Of a DNA stretch of 64,000 nt, positions 1 through 14,955 are shown in pieces; the first letter of the stretch is position 1; every line of letters starts with the position of its first letter. Below the pieces are notes generated by a model. It was not told the origin of the DNA and searched no databases. It saw only the letters and a program-made list of their open reading frames with translations. A program made the position numbers and the translations under genes. Location: NCBI RefSeq assembly GCF_009914755.1, contig NC_060935.1. One strand, written 5' to 3'. This stretch comes from the human T2T-CHM13v2.0 reference genome, Homo sapiens.

Positions 1-749
1 GCACAGTGCCTGACACATAGTAAGTACTCATCAAATACGTAAATGGATGACTGGTATCAGGAACTGCAAGGGTGACCCCCAGTCATCAAAGAAAGAGAGA
101 GTACTAAGTACCTTGCAAGGATGGGAGGTTGTCCTGAAAGAAAAGAGCATTCATTCATTCATTCAGCAAATATTTATTGAGTAATTACTATGGGCTAAAA
201 CTCTTCTAGGCATTGGGCGTGAATGAACCCTGAAGATGGAATTTACCTGCTTCAAACATTTATCAGAGACCTCCCCAGAAAAATCTGTAATTTACCGTAG
301 TCACTTGTTTCAGAACTGACTGTTGTGAAGCTCTCTGTGAGAGGGGAATATGAAGATGGTAACAACAACCAGAAAAATAGGATTTTAAATTATTAGAGTG
401 CCAAATATGATATATTTTAAATCATTTCAACTAGGTCACTCTAGAAAGAGCCTTTCTGTTTCTGAAGAGGCTTAATCCTCCCAGCTAATTTCCTCTAATG
501 GGCCACTCCAAACCCAGTCCTCTTTTTTCTTTTGTCTCCTACTGCTTAAGCCTCATCAGAGGCTGCTGAGCAATCTTTTGAACACAAGAAAGAAGATCAT
601 TATCATCATTATGCTGTTACCCTTGAAGAAAGCATGTAAAGAGGCTGACAGAGGATGCATAATTTAAGAAAACATGGAAACTCAAGGTTACATAATAGCC
701 TCTTGATTTTCCAAACTGCCACTAAATGTAATTGAGACTAAATCTATGT

Positions 750-764
750 ACACACACAGACACA

Positions 765-799
<35 letters not shown>
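750..799. repeat. (CA)n microsatellite with CAGA interruptions at the 5' side
   Basis: Directly visible acacacacagacacagacacacac...acc. Confidence 0.95.
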
Positions 800-802
<3 letters not shown>

Positions 803-829
803 TTATGAGATTGTTTTGACGTGTTCCAT

Positions 830-955
830 CAGACTGTAACTCATGATAAAGGGAACCACATCCACTTGTTCACCAGTGTATAATCCAGTGTTTGCATATT
901 ACCTAGCACAAAGTAGGCACTTCATAAATATCAGTTGAATGGACAAATAAATAAA
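830..955 (+). mobile_element. L2 3'-end fragment
   Basis: agactgtaactc...cctagcacaaagtaggcacttcataaatatcagttgaatg resembles the L2 3' terminus; similar fragments at 1-50, 2000-2115, 5990-6060, 8020-8135. Confidence 0.7.
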
Positions 956-1384
956 CTGTGTTTCTAACCCTCGTTTTCAGATATTTCTCGTCTCTATCTT
1001 TTTTATTTGCTGTAGTTTTTATATTCTCATTATTTCATTTTAGATGTTTCTCTCTTGCCCCCACTTCCCAATTGTCCTCATTAGTTTATGGAACTCTTGT
1101 ATTACTAGAGAATAACCTTTCATTACCTATGTTTCTATCTGGCTTACAAGTTTAGGGGAGGGTCAACTCTTCAATCTCCCCACGCCCCCTTTGAGTTGAT
1201 CCCCAGATGGGGCTGTCTACTCCATGATACCGATAGTCCCCGCAGAGCACTCTTGAAGGCCTGGCAGTATAACAATGGCCCCAGGAGTCTCCTTTATGTC
1301 TGTTGATTAGGATTCAATGTCCTCACGCCTGGGGATCAACTTCAATTCAATTTCAAGTCAGGGAAGTTGTACTGAACAAAGCAC

Positions 1385-1560
1385 CTGTGATGTGGAGGAA
1401 AGAACATTGGGAGTCAGACCTGGGTTAATGTTGGCATTAACACTTACTAAATGTTCAGTCTTGGGAAAGTTATTTAACTTTGAGCCTTGGTGTCTTCATC
1501 TATAAAGTGAGATGAAGTACATTGATATATCTATCTCAGCACAGTGCTTAGCTTATGGGA
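1385..1560 (+). mobile_element. MIR SINE fragment
   Basis: MIR core-like cttgggaaagttatttaactttgagccttggtgtcttcatctataaa. Confidence 0.75.
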
Positions 1561-1618
1561 GATGCTACAGATTCATTTGCTTTCCTACCTATTCCCTGGT
1601 TTCCCTGTATATTCTAAT

Positions 1619-1846
1619 TGAAGGTTTCTCAATGTCAGCATCATTGACGTTTTGGGCAAGATGATTTTTTTTTTTTTTCTTTTGCTGTGGGGTCTGTCCT
1701 GTGCGTTGTAGGATGTTTAGCAGCAACCCTGGCCTCTACTTGCTAGATGCCAGTAGCCCTCTCTCCTGGTTGTAATAATAAAAAACGTCACCAAAAAATG
1801 TTAAACATTCCCTGGGGGTCAAAGTTGCCCCTGTTAGGAGCCATTG
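1619..1846 (-). mobile_element. MER20 (hAT-Charlie non-autonomous DNA transposon)
   Basis: ctgtcctgtgcgttgtaggatgtttagcagcaaccctggcctctacttgctagatgccagtagc matches the recalled reverse complement of MER20; ~228 bp with an expanded internal T-run. Confidence 0.88.
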
Positions 1847-2259
1847 CATTAACCTTAGAAGATGAATGAATTAAACTATTAAACTCATTCTGCAAATTTG
1901 GCTTACTTCAGATACGTGAACCAATCCTTGCCAGACTGTAAGATGTAATAGTTGTTCATTATCCATCCATTTGTCTTTAATTCATTCATTGAAAAGCTTT
2001 TTGAAGTCAGGATCTTAAAAGCTGATTTTGTACCCTGCTATATGTCCAAGGGCCTAGAGTTGTAGTTGACACGTAATAGACACTCAATATATATTTGCTG
2101 AATCAACAAATGTGTTGAAAAATCCATCCACCTATCTCAAATTTACTGAGAACATCTATCATGTAAAAAAATAATGTAAATGCAATACGGACTTTGTGTT
2201 CAGGGAGCTTAGTCTCTAATAAAGGAGACAGAAATTTACAGAAAACCTAATAGTGTATC

Positions 2260-2706
2260 TGTATTAGTTTTTTAGGCTTGCAATAACAAGGTACCACATA
2301 CTGGGTGGCTTAAAATGAGAGAAGTTTATTCTCTCACAGTTTGAGGATAGAAGTCTAAAATTAAGGTGTTAGCAGGGTCAAGCTTCCTCTGAAGTTTCTG
2401 GAGGAGGATACTTCTTTGCCTCTTTCAGCTTTTGGTAGCTGCAAGCTTTCTTAGGCTTTTGACAGCAAAAGTGGAATCTCTGTCTTTACTTGGTCATCTT
2501 TCCATAAGGGTGTCATGTCTCTGTTCCTTCTCTACTGGTAAGGACAACAGTCATATTGGCTGAATGACCTACCCTATTCCAGTGTGACATTATCTTAATT
2601 AATGACATCTGCGAAGACCCAGTTTCCCAAATAAGATCACATTCTGGGGTACTGGGAGTTAGGACCTCAAAATATCTTTGTGGAGGACATAATTCAACCC
2701 AAAAGA
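2260..2706 (-). mobile_element. MLT1 (MLT1B/C-like) MaLR solo LTR
   Basis: Starts tgtattagtttt, contains tttattctctcacagt and cacattctggggtactgggagttaggac, ends aattcaacccaaaaga; flanks gtatc/gtatt (4/5 TSD). Confidence 0.85.
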
Positions 2707-2959
2707 GTATTACATTTAAAAATTGAGTTATTTTTATTTAAAGCACTTTCCTTAAAGTGCTTTATTTAAATACTTTCTTTAAGTACTCTGGGACCAGAAG
2801 GAGGGAGAGAATAATTCTAATTGTGGATGGATAGAGTGAGGAGTGATTAGGATTGGCTTCTTGGAGAAGCCTTGAATGATTAATAGAATTTGGGCTAGCA
2901 GGGGTAAAATAAGGAAGAACAATTTCAAGCTGGAGAGACAGCATAAAAAGTGACAGACC

Positions 2960-3151
2960 ACTGGGTTAGCAAATAGATGGCCACAGGCTATTAGCCCCTC
3001 CCTCGCTCAGGCACCCACTACCTGCTATCCTAATTCATCATTCTTGCTGATCCCAAACATCAATCTCATAATCTTCCTCATTGCAGCACTACAGACAGCT
3101 ATGGCTAGTCAAATGGACTGGGCATCAAGAGAAAATGTATTTATTACCCTG
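2960..3151. mobile_element. Short hAT-Charlie MITE (MER117-like)
   Basis: Degenerate inverted ends (ctgggttagcaaatag ... tatttattaccctg), ~190 bp; related copy at ~51590-51710. Confidence 0.55.
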
Positions 3152-3469
3152 GCATAGTGGCAGGGAAGTAGTTTAAATAACTGACTAGTTCATGCATCTG
3201 GAATATGGGGTTCACAGTGGGGTGGGTGGATGAGGCGGCTGATTCAGTTGTAAAAGTTTTGCAAGAATTCAGCCTTAGTCTTTTTAGTTTATTTATTTAT
3301 TTCTTTTTAGCCTTCAGTTTTTTATTTTGTTTTTGTCCTTGGATTCTATGCAATTTCTGTCTTTACAATAATTATCTCTTTCCCCATTTTCTATTCTACT
3401 CAAGCTGGTTTGATAAAGCTTCAGTTCTTTGAAATCAAAAGAGCCCTGCCCAGATAAATTCATTTGGGA

Positions 3470-4066
3470 GTATATTAGTTTTCTTTTGCTGCACAACAAA
3501 TTACCACAAACTTAGCAGTTTAAAACATAAGCAATTTGTTGTCTTTGAATTCCTGCAGATCAGAAGTTCGAGCACAACATGGCTGGATTTTCTGCTTAAT
3601 ATCTCACCAGTCTGATATCAAAGTGTTGGCTGGGGCTTTGGTTCTCATCTGGGGTTTGGGTCCTCTTCCAGTCTAACTTGTTGGCTAGAAATATTCATTT
3701 GCTTACAGCTGTAGGACTGAGGTTACTATTTTCCTATTAGCTGTCATCCAGGGACTTCTCTCAACTACTAGAGGCCCCTGGCAGTTCCTTGCCACATGGT
3801 CCCTCCCCACAGGCAGTTCACAAAGTAGATACTTTCTTCTAGGCCAGCTAGAGCTCATCTCTCTGACTTTGTTTTCTGCCACTAGCCAGAAGCCAGCATT
3901 TTAATTAGGTCAGGCTCACCCAGGATAGTATCTCCTTGCCACCAAATGTAACATAATCATGAGAGTGATAGCTCATCATTTTCACAGGTGCCACCCACAC
4001 CCAAAGGGGAGGGGATTATATGGAGATGAGAATCGTTGGAGGTCATCCAAGAATTCTGCATAGCAG
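3470..4066 (-). mobile_element. MLT1 (MLT1E/F-like) MaLR solo LTR
   Basis: tatattagttttc..aacaaattaccacaaacttagcagtttaaaac start, gctgtaggactgagg internal motif, ends agaattctgcatagca. Confidence 0.8.
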
Positions 4067-4532
4067 AAGCCATATGCTAGTGGGGGTAATCAGCTCTCAT
4101 GGCAGACCTGTGACTGCCTATAACCTTGGGTGATATGCTTTTACCACTCTGAGTCCCAATTTTGCTCACCTATAAAATGAAGGAGGTGTTGTTGATAAGG
4201 CTAAGGTTGCTGCTGGTTCTATGAGTCTTTGGAATTGACATGAAACATATTTGTGTCTACTGCCTTCTGGAAGCTCTTGAAGGTTCTCCTGGTCAGGCTG
4301 ATGGGGGGTGAAACAGGTGGGCCACCCTTGCCCTTTCAGTACCACGTGAAGTCCTTTGATTCCAGTGCCACTGCCCACTTCCTATTAGTATGTAAGCTGC
4401 TTTTCAGAGATGAAGAAACATATATGGACCATTCTGTTCATTCATGGCTCTAACTCCTCTAATCTTGACAACACCTATCATGGTGACACCTATCATGGTT
4501 AGGGGCATTTTGGGAGCGATTTTTTATGTGGA

Positions 4533-4885
4533 TGCTATGGCCTGAATATTTATGTCCCTACAAAATTCATATGTTGAAACCTAATCACCAAGGAGATGGT
4601 ATTAGGAGCTAAGGCCTTATGAGGGGGTCTTTTCATCCCATGAGAATGGGATTAATCCCCTTATAAAATAGGCCCAGTGGGGCTTGTTCACCCCTTTCAC
4701 CACATGAGGACACAGTGAAAAGTCACCATATATAAATGAGAAAACAGCCCTCGCCAGACATTGAATTTCCTGGCATCTTGACCGTGTACTTCCTAGACTC
4801 CAGAACAGTGAGAAATAAATTTCTGTTGTTTATAAACTAGCTAGTTGTTGATACTTTGTTATAGCAGCCTGAATGGAATAAAGCA
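4533..4885 (+). mobile_element. MLT1A-like MaLR solo LTR
   Basis: tgctatggcctgaat..caaaattcatatgttgaaacctaatc start; ctccagaacagtgagaaataaatttctgttgtttataa near the end; TG...CA termini. Confidence 0.88.
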
Positions 4886-6694
4886 GTAAAATGGACACAA
4901 TTGCATGTGATTCTGGTCTTCTCTGGATTTCGGCCTCTCTCCAGCTTTTTCAAGGCAAGGCATAAATGAACTAAATAAAGTTAATATTTTAAAGTTTCTG
5001 AACATTACCACTATTGCCACTGGCAAGAATTGATAATTCACTGAGTACCACATGACTCAGATTCTAAACTGCTTTATATTTGGTTTAGGGTGAATCACCT
5101 CATCTTTCTATGGGCTCCACATTTTACAAGAGATTTTTTTTGTATTTTTAATTACACTATAGATGTTTTCATTAGTATGGACTAATGTCAGGAATTTGTT
5201 TGATCTGCCTGTCTTCACTGTAGTTGCTCATTTAGTCAGAACTAAATCAGAGGCAGAAATGCCTTTCCTTTTTTTCATATTTTGCCACATATCATGCTGT
5301 GTATCGTCGGTGACAGACCCAGAGGGCAGAGTCTGTGGGTAGATAGGTTGTCTGATGAGTTATGCTTGAACATTCTACAAACAAGCTGGAAGAATAAATC
5401 CTCAGAAGGTGTGATTCCACTCACAGGGCATTCATAAATAGAGCCAGAATATTATATTCACCTGTACACCCTCCCATATCCTCTTTCAAATCCTGTCCTT
5501 ACACATTTTCCGTGGAGTGTACAAATAAAGAAGGCATGGGAAGGCTGAATGGGTGGAGATGAAGAAGAGATGTCCTATCATACTAATAATGTCTCCTCCC
5601 TCCAGTTTCCTCTTGGAGAGGCTGCCCATGTTCCCTTCACAGAATATGCTTCTGTTATCCGTGCCGAATGGGTCAGGAATTACCACTGGTCTGCTTGATG
5701 GCTTGACTGGACAATAGGACCCCCCAATTATCTCCTTAGAGTCTCTCTGCTTGGAACTTAGAATCAAAACACAGAAGCTTCATATTTCTGCAGGCACTAG
5801 ACTTCAAAAGGCAGTAAAGACATGTTAGGGGTGAGAGTTGCTAGTTTAGGCTGCCTGCACAAAATGAGGTAAAGCCAATGAAATAGTGGGTTGGAGAGCG
5901 AGAGGCAGAGAGAGAGAGAGAGAGAGAGTGACAGAGAACAAGAGAGTATTTAACTATAACCAGACAAGCAGAGATGAGACTCTTTATTATATTTACCTCG
6001 GAATCTAACCCAGTGCCTGGCACACAGTAGGAGTTCAGAATATTTGCTGAATGACTGACAGACCATCTAGCCTTATAGAGGTGGAAAGAGTAATTACAGT
6101 GGTCCCTCCCCTACATCTCCTTTCTTTAGGTCCCTTTAGATAGCCTTGTGTCCTCATAATATATTATTGGTTTTGCTTTTTAGCACATTTAAGTGCATTT
6201 CTATTACTTGCATCTTGATGATCCACAACTTAGGCACCAGCCAGCATGAGCACTTAACCTCAGCTCTTCCCTTCTCCTTCCTACCTGGACACCAGCTCAG
6301 ACCAACGGAAGGGTGGATGTTGGTTTATATTGCATGCAGAAGGCATTCCTTAACATTTGTGGGTATGATCTGTGTCTCGCAATTTATATGGCCTTTAGAC
6401 TTTACAGAAGTGTTTTACACTGAACAAACAGAAATCTAGTCACTTTTTAGAAGCAGCTTTCAGGTATGGTTTTCCATTCCATGCTCACAAGCATCACCTG
6501 GTTAGAAGTCCTCATGGAACCAAACCTGTGTTCTGATGTCCATCTCATGTCTTTCTCATTTACAGGGCATTTGTTTTAAAATTCATGCACACACATTATT
6601 GACCATTCAAGGTATGGGAGGCAATGTTCTAGATGATGGGAAAATGAAGCAAACAAAACACATGAAGTCCTTATATTTCATTATTCCCTATTTT

Positions 6695-7197
6695 CTTCTA
6701 GTCTCAGATTTATTCTCTACCTTCTCTTCCCTGCTGTATGCCTGGGAGTTGGATTACTGTAGACGGCACCTGTGTAACCTCGCTGGCTGTATTCCAGTTG
6801 GGTTTATCCAGTGATAGGCAATGCAAAAGATGCGAGGCTGGAGTGGTGAGAGATTGGAGTTTTTTGCCTGGTGTTTCTCTCTGCTCAGAGGTCATAGCCC
6901 CAGCATTGGCCATCTCCTCTATGACCACAGCTGCTGTTGGCCAGGCCTTCCTTCAAACTCCAGCAATAACTGATTTCAGGAACAGTATTTCCTCCCCTTA
7001 CCCCTCCCTCTAAGCGTAGGGGTGGTAATGACTTCTGTTTTTTTTCACACTTCTAGATGTCTCAATATTTTTCTTTGTTTTCTTTAAACCTGCCTAAATA
7101 CCTCTGTAAAGTGCCCACCTTTCTTTGTCTTTTTAAATCCTTTCAGTGAAACCATCAGAGTAGAATTCCTGTCCTGCTAAGTCCCTGCCTGATTCAG
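6695..7197 (+). mobile_element. LTR33-like ERVL solo LTR
   Basis: ccagttgggtttatcca..., ctaagcgtaggggtggtaatgacttc and the terminal cctgcctgattca resemble LTR33. Confidence 0.6.
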
Positions 7198-7199
7198 TC

Positions 7200-7490
7200 C
7201 CTAACTTACTTAGAGCTTACATTTTATGGGGCAGTGACAACCAACAAATGAATATCAAATACATTATTATATGGTGATAAGTGGTATAAAGGAAAATAAA
7301 GCAGAGTAAACAGAGTAACAGGCACTATTTTAGTAAATGTGGTCAGATAAGACTTCTCTAAGGAGGTCACTGCTGAGCAAACATCTGACTAAGGGAGGGA
7401 CAGAGATACAAAAACATATAGACAAGTGCAAGGTCCTGAGATGGGAACATGATTAAAGAACACAAAGGCCAATGTGGAGCCAAGTGCGCA
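7200..7490 (-). mobile_element. L2 fragment
   Basis: ggtgataagtggtataaaggaaaataaagcagagtaa..gtggtcagataagacttctctaaggaggt is typical antisense L2a body. Confidence 0.6.
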
Positions 7491-7579
7491 AAGCACAGGC
7501 CGCTAAGACATGAGACCATCATGTTTACCCTTTTGCTTATCTACTGAAAAGTGATGCCCTAGTAGCTGTAGGGAGAGGG

Positions 7580-7800
7580 AATGTGGTGTGATGAAAACAA
7601 TGTGAATCCTGAAGTCAAGCAGTTCTGATTTCAAATCTCAGCTCTACCATTACTAAGTAGCCTTATGATGGTGAACAAATTACTTCAAATCTCTGACTCT
7701 CAGTTTCTTTGTTCACAAAATGCAGATAATAATGAATACCTCAAAAGGCTGAAACAAAATTTGTCAATTCATAGCACGGTGCCTGGTGTATGGTAGGCTC
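7580..7800 (+). mobile_element. MIR SINE
   Basis: acaaattacttcaaatctctgactctcagtttctttgttcacaaaatgcagataataa core. Confidence 0.7.
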
Positions 7801-8136
7801 TCCTCACTTTCCCTCCTCTTCCTCACTTGGCCGTAATACTGTCATACGCTGAATTCAATCTAAGCTCTCTGACCCCCTGGGCTTTACCAGACTCCTCGGT
7901 TGAATACTTTCATAGTACCCTTTATTCATTTATTCATTCAGTCAACAGAGATGATCATAATTTACTACAGTTTGCAGTTATAATTTCATTTTGGAGATGA
8001 TATTTTAATGTGCCTCACCCCCACTAGGCTGTAATCGTGATTACAACAGCGATTCCTCTGAGAGTTTGTTCATTCTTGGATACTCAGCCTCTAGCACAAC
8101 ACCTGACACAAGATGAACATTTCATAAATATGTATT

Positions 8137-8203
8137 GGAAGGAAGGAAGGAAGGAAAGAAGAAAGGGAGGGCAGGAGGGAGGGAGGAAGGAAGGAAGGGA
8201 GGG
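8137..8203. repeat. (GGAA/GGGA)n purine-rich simple repeat
   Basis: Directly visible; it follows an L2 3' tail. Confidence 0.9.
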
Positions 8204-9643
8204 CATCTATCTTCTCAATAAGATTTAATTCTCCTAGTGACTTTATTCTCTCAAGGGATTCCAATTACTCATTAAATACTAGTTTAATTGAAACGAACTA
8301 TATGTAAAGCTTTATACTTATTTCTGTGAAGTATATAAATAAGAAAACTCTGTGAAGGCCAAGGTCACTTTATCTTTTTCATCTTTATATCACTCATGCA
8401 TAACATAATACTTGGCACCTCATGATAACAACATACTTAATAAATATTTGCAAATAAAAGTAAGCTAACAAATGATTTAATATCTGATGAGTGTCTGACT
8501 GTGTATGTTGGGGATAGGGTAGGGAGGATATTATGAAATAGAATGATCTTAAACATTTTTATAAAATCACAATGAGACTTAGAAAATATTTTTCTTTTCC
8601 CCATCTAGCACACAAAAGAGGGCTCTAAAAAGAGGCTCTTTTGGAAACTGTCTAGACGAAGTGTCAGGTAGGAAGGGGCAACACTTTGAAAACATCATTT
8701 TCCTTTTTTCTGTTTGGAAAAGGTTGATGGATGGGATGTGTAAAAGACAGAGATGAATGATTTGATTGCCCTGGGGAGACTCTGAAACCTGCGATGACCT
8801 GGGGGAGGGACTCAGTGAGGATTCCTTCTCCCACCTGGTACTGGTTGCGTGGAGCAAGTACATTCCAAGGCTGGACAGCATCTGACATCCTGCTGAGAAC
8901 AAAGCCCCACAGGCATGGGACATATGGTTCTGGTTATCTGGGAGACGGTGCCTTTCAAGGACAATAACACCTCCCCTTTATTTGGGATATATATCAGAGG
9001 GGCTCACGGCCCTGCCTAGGCATAGCTTCTATCCAGCAGCACAGGAACAGACAACAGTCCTGGGGTCTAGTGGAAGCACCTCTCTATCAAAACTGGAGCA
9101 GGGTTCCTTAAGGCCATACTTTTGCTGGGCCTGCTGAAGCACTGTGGATATATGGTGCTTATTGAAATGGTCTCATCACAGTCTCTGAGTAATAGCCCCT
9201 ACCCAAAGCATTCACGCTGTCTGTCTATGAAATTCTTTAAAAGGTCTATGGCTGAGAAAACCCTACAGCCCAGTCGAGTTCACAATGCAGTTGTAGTCAG
9301 TTACATCTGTGCCTTCTGCACATCTTTGTTCCGGCTGAAGCCCAGACTTGGACTTTAAAAAATATGTAAGATATCCAATGCTTTGTACTTGCACATCTGC
9401 AAATACCAAGTTTTCATGAGAAGCAAACATGAACATGGCTTTCTGCCTGCTTCATCCCATCCTTTAGGTGTTTGGGTTAAAAATGCATTCCTGAGAAGTT
9501 AGAATAACTAAGTATTTTTTTATATTGGTTATGCAAGGGATGGCATATTAATTTGACTTTGAAGAGTAGATATCCCTGTCACTGGCAGCACAACAAAATA
9601 ATCTCTTTTCTATATTTGGAAAATTCATCATAGTGTACATCTT

Positions 9644-10125
9644 TGTGGAAGTCTGGGTTTACCGTCTTACGTGCCAGACACGAAAAGCCAGACATTCACT
9701 CCTCCTTTCTGCTGGCCCCTCGGGGTGGGATTGTCAGATAAATTAAGGGACACTCAGTTACATGTGAATTTCAAATAAACAACGGTTTTTCAGTATAAAT
9801 ATATTTCAAATATTACATGGGAAATACACTGAAAAAATTTATTGTTTATATAACATTTTTAACTGTGTATTTTGTATTTTTACTTGCTGAATCTGGTAAC
9901 CACCTGAGGACCAGGACATGTGACTAAACTTCGACCAACCAGATGCTACAGAGAAGCAGCAGCGATTTAGAATTTATTCCACCAATGCCAATGGTAGAAG
10001 TGGCATTCAATATCCAGTCATGGCAGTAGTGGTGCCAGTGATGGTGTCCATAATTCAGTCAAGTTGGTGCAGCTTGACGTACGGTGATAGCAGTGGCAGC
10101 AGGAACAGCATCCTGCTCCAACTTC
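9644..10125 (+). mobile_element. ERVL-type LTR remnant (LTR50-like) interrupted by MER53
   Basis: tgtggaagtctgggttta..aaagccagacattcact, resuming after MER53 with catgtgactaaa..ccaaccagatgc and ggcagtagtggtgccagtg. Confidence 0.45.
9727..9903. mobile_element. MER53 palindromic hAT MITE
   Basis: gggattgtcagat ... atctggtaacc ends; internal dyad aaataaacaa / ttgtttat and ttttcagtat / atacactgaaaa. Confidence 0.82.
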
Positions 10126-11059
10126 AGATTACTTAAGCCTCCCACATAGCTTTGGTTTACAAAGTTTCCTCAAAGATAGTATAAGTGATAGAAATGAAAA
10201 TACTAAGATGGCTCACACCCTCATCTTTGGCCCCTCTCTCCTACCCTCCTGAAGTCTAGAAGATAACTTGCAGGTATTTTAGCAATGCATGGCTAATGGT
10301 ATACTTAGGTGCCTGAAGAAATCCTGCTTCTGCTTTCCCTTTGGTTCTCTGGCTCAGAAGACTGCCATGGTTTGGGGTACAATGTAATATGGTAAAAGTT
10401 TCCCTTATTTTTCAACACGGAAATTAATTATACATAACCACTCTGGAACTGAAGTTCAGCTTCTGGTCACATTGCCTTTTCCTGATAAGCTCCAACCCAG
10501 CTGCACCTGCTGCTGGCATTTTCACAGTGATGGCCATGATGGGAGCCTATTCTTTACTGCCACTTAGCTCAATGTAGCTAATGTTGAAAGGAAAATAATT
10601 CACACTACTGTATTTTGTAATGCAGCATGATGGAGAGGTGTAGCTATGACCAGATATTCACCAGCCTAGAATTAGCTTTGAGGAGAGTATTTCTAGGTAG
10701 TAGATGCAGCTCTGCTTGTCCAACTACCTGCTCTAGAACTCTGCTGCAATAACGTAAACTACCAAATTCTTTCGGTAGCTCCAACCTGGAGACAAGGCGA
10801 CCCAAAGAGTAGGAATAAAACAAGTTAACACTAAATGAGGAATCAGAAGATGGGTTTAGCACTGACTGTCTCTGGATGGCTCCATGAGCTGGCTGAAGCT
10901 ATTGAACTATCTGGGTACTGGTTTAATCAGATATCAATGATAGAAATATGAATAGTGTCTACTTTATAGGCTTTATAGTCTCTGTTCCTTGAGTACTGAA
11001 CGCTTGTCTTTTTTTTGTTGTGAATTTTAAATAATTAAATTTATTTCTTCAACAAACCC

Positions 11060-11297
11060 TTGTATAGCAGTTTACTTCATGCCATGTTCTTTTCTAAGCC
11101 CAGTGTAAATATTAACTCATTTAATACTCATAACATCCCTATGAGATGGAAACTATTGTTTTTCTCACTTATAAGTGAAGAAACTGAGGCACAGAGAAGT
11201 TAAATAACTTACCCAATGTCTTCTAAATAGTAACTGGAAGATCTAAGAAACAAACCAAGGTATCTGGATCCCAGTTCTCACTGACTACGCTATGATA
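11060..11297 (-). mobile_element. MIR SINE
   Basis: taactcatttaatactcataacatccctatgag..gaagaaactgaggcacagagaagttaaataacttaccc. Confidence 0.85.
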
Positions 11298-11975
11298 TGT
11301 GTCTTTAAAAGAGTTTGTCGGGGTATTGCTGGTAAGATGGCTGAATAGGAATAGCTCTGGTCTGCAGTTCCCAGCAAGACTGAGGCAGAAGGCAGATGAT
11401 TTCTGTATTTCCAACTGAGGTACCTGGTTCATCTCACTGGGACTGGCTGGACAGTGGGTGCAGCCCACAGAGGGCCAGCTGAAGCAGGGTGGGGTGTTGC
11501 CTCACCGAAGAAGCACAAGGAGTGGGGGAATTTTCTCCCCTACCCAAGGGAAGCTGTGAGGAACTGAGCCTGAGGAACTCTGGCACAGATACTGTGCTTG
11601 TCCCACAGTCCTCACAACCCACAAACCAGGAGATTCCCTCTGGTGCCAACCCCACCATGGTCCTGGGTTTCAAGCGCAAAACCAGATGGCCATTTGGGCA
11701 GACACAGAACTAGCTGCAGGAGTTCTTTTTTTCCATACCCTAGCGGCGCCTGGAAAGCCAGTGAGACAGAACCATTCACTCCCCTGGAAAGGGGTGCTGA
11801 AGTCAGGGAGCTGAGATGTCTGGCTTGGCGGGCGCCACCCCCATGGAGCCCAGCAAACTAAGATCCACTGGCTTGAAATTCTTGCTGCCAGCACAGCAGC
11901 AGTCTGAGATCAACTCCAGACATTAGAGCTTGGTGCAGGGAGGGGCATCTGCCATTGCTGAGGCTTGAGTAGGTG

Positions 11976-14476
<2,501 letters not shown>

Positions 14477-14955
14477 AAAAAAGGCAGGAGTCCCAGTCAG
14501 GAACTTATAGATAAAAGCCCCATCTCCCTGAGACAGAGCACCTGGGAAAAGGGGAGGCTGTGGGCGCAGCTTCAGCAGACTTAAATGTCCCTGCCTGATG
14601 GCTCTGAAGAGAGCAGAGGACCTCCCAGTACAGCATTCAAACTCTGCTAAGGGTCCCAGTAGGGGCCAGCAGGCACCTCACACAGGAGAGCGCTGGCTGG
14701 CATCTGGCAGGTGCTCCTGTGGGACGAAGCCTCCAGGGGAAAGATCAGGCAGCAATCTTTGCTGTTCTGCAGCATCCGCTGGTGATACCCAGGCAAGCAG
14801 GGTTGGGAGTGGACCTCCAGCAAACTCCAGCAGACCAACAGCAGTGGGGCCTGTCAGAAGGAAAAGTAACAAACAGAAAGGAATAGCACGTCCACTCAAA
14901 GACCCCATCCGAAGGTCACCAACATCAAAGACCAAAGGTAGATAAATCCACAAAG

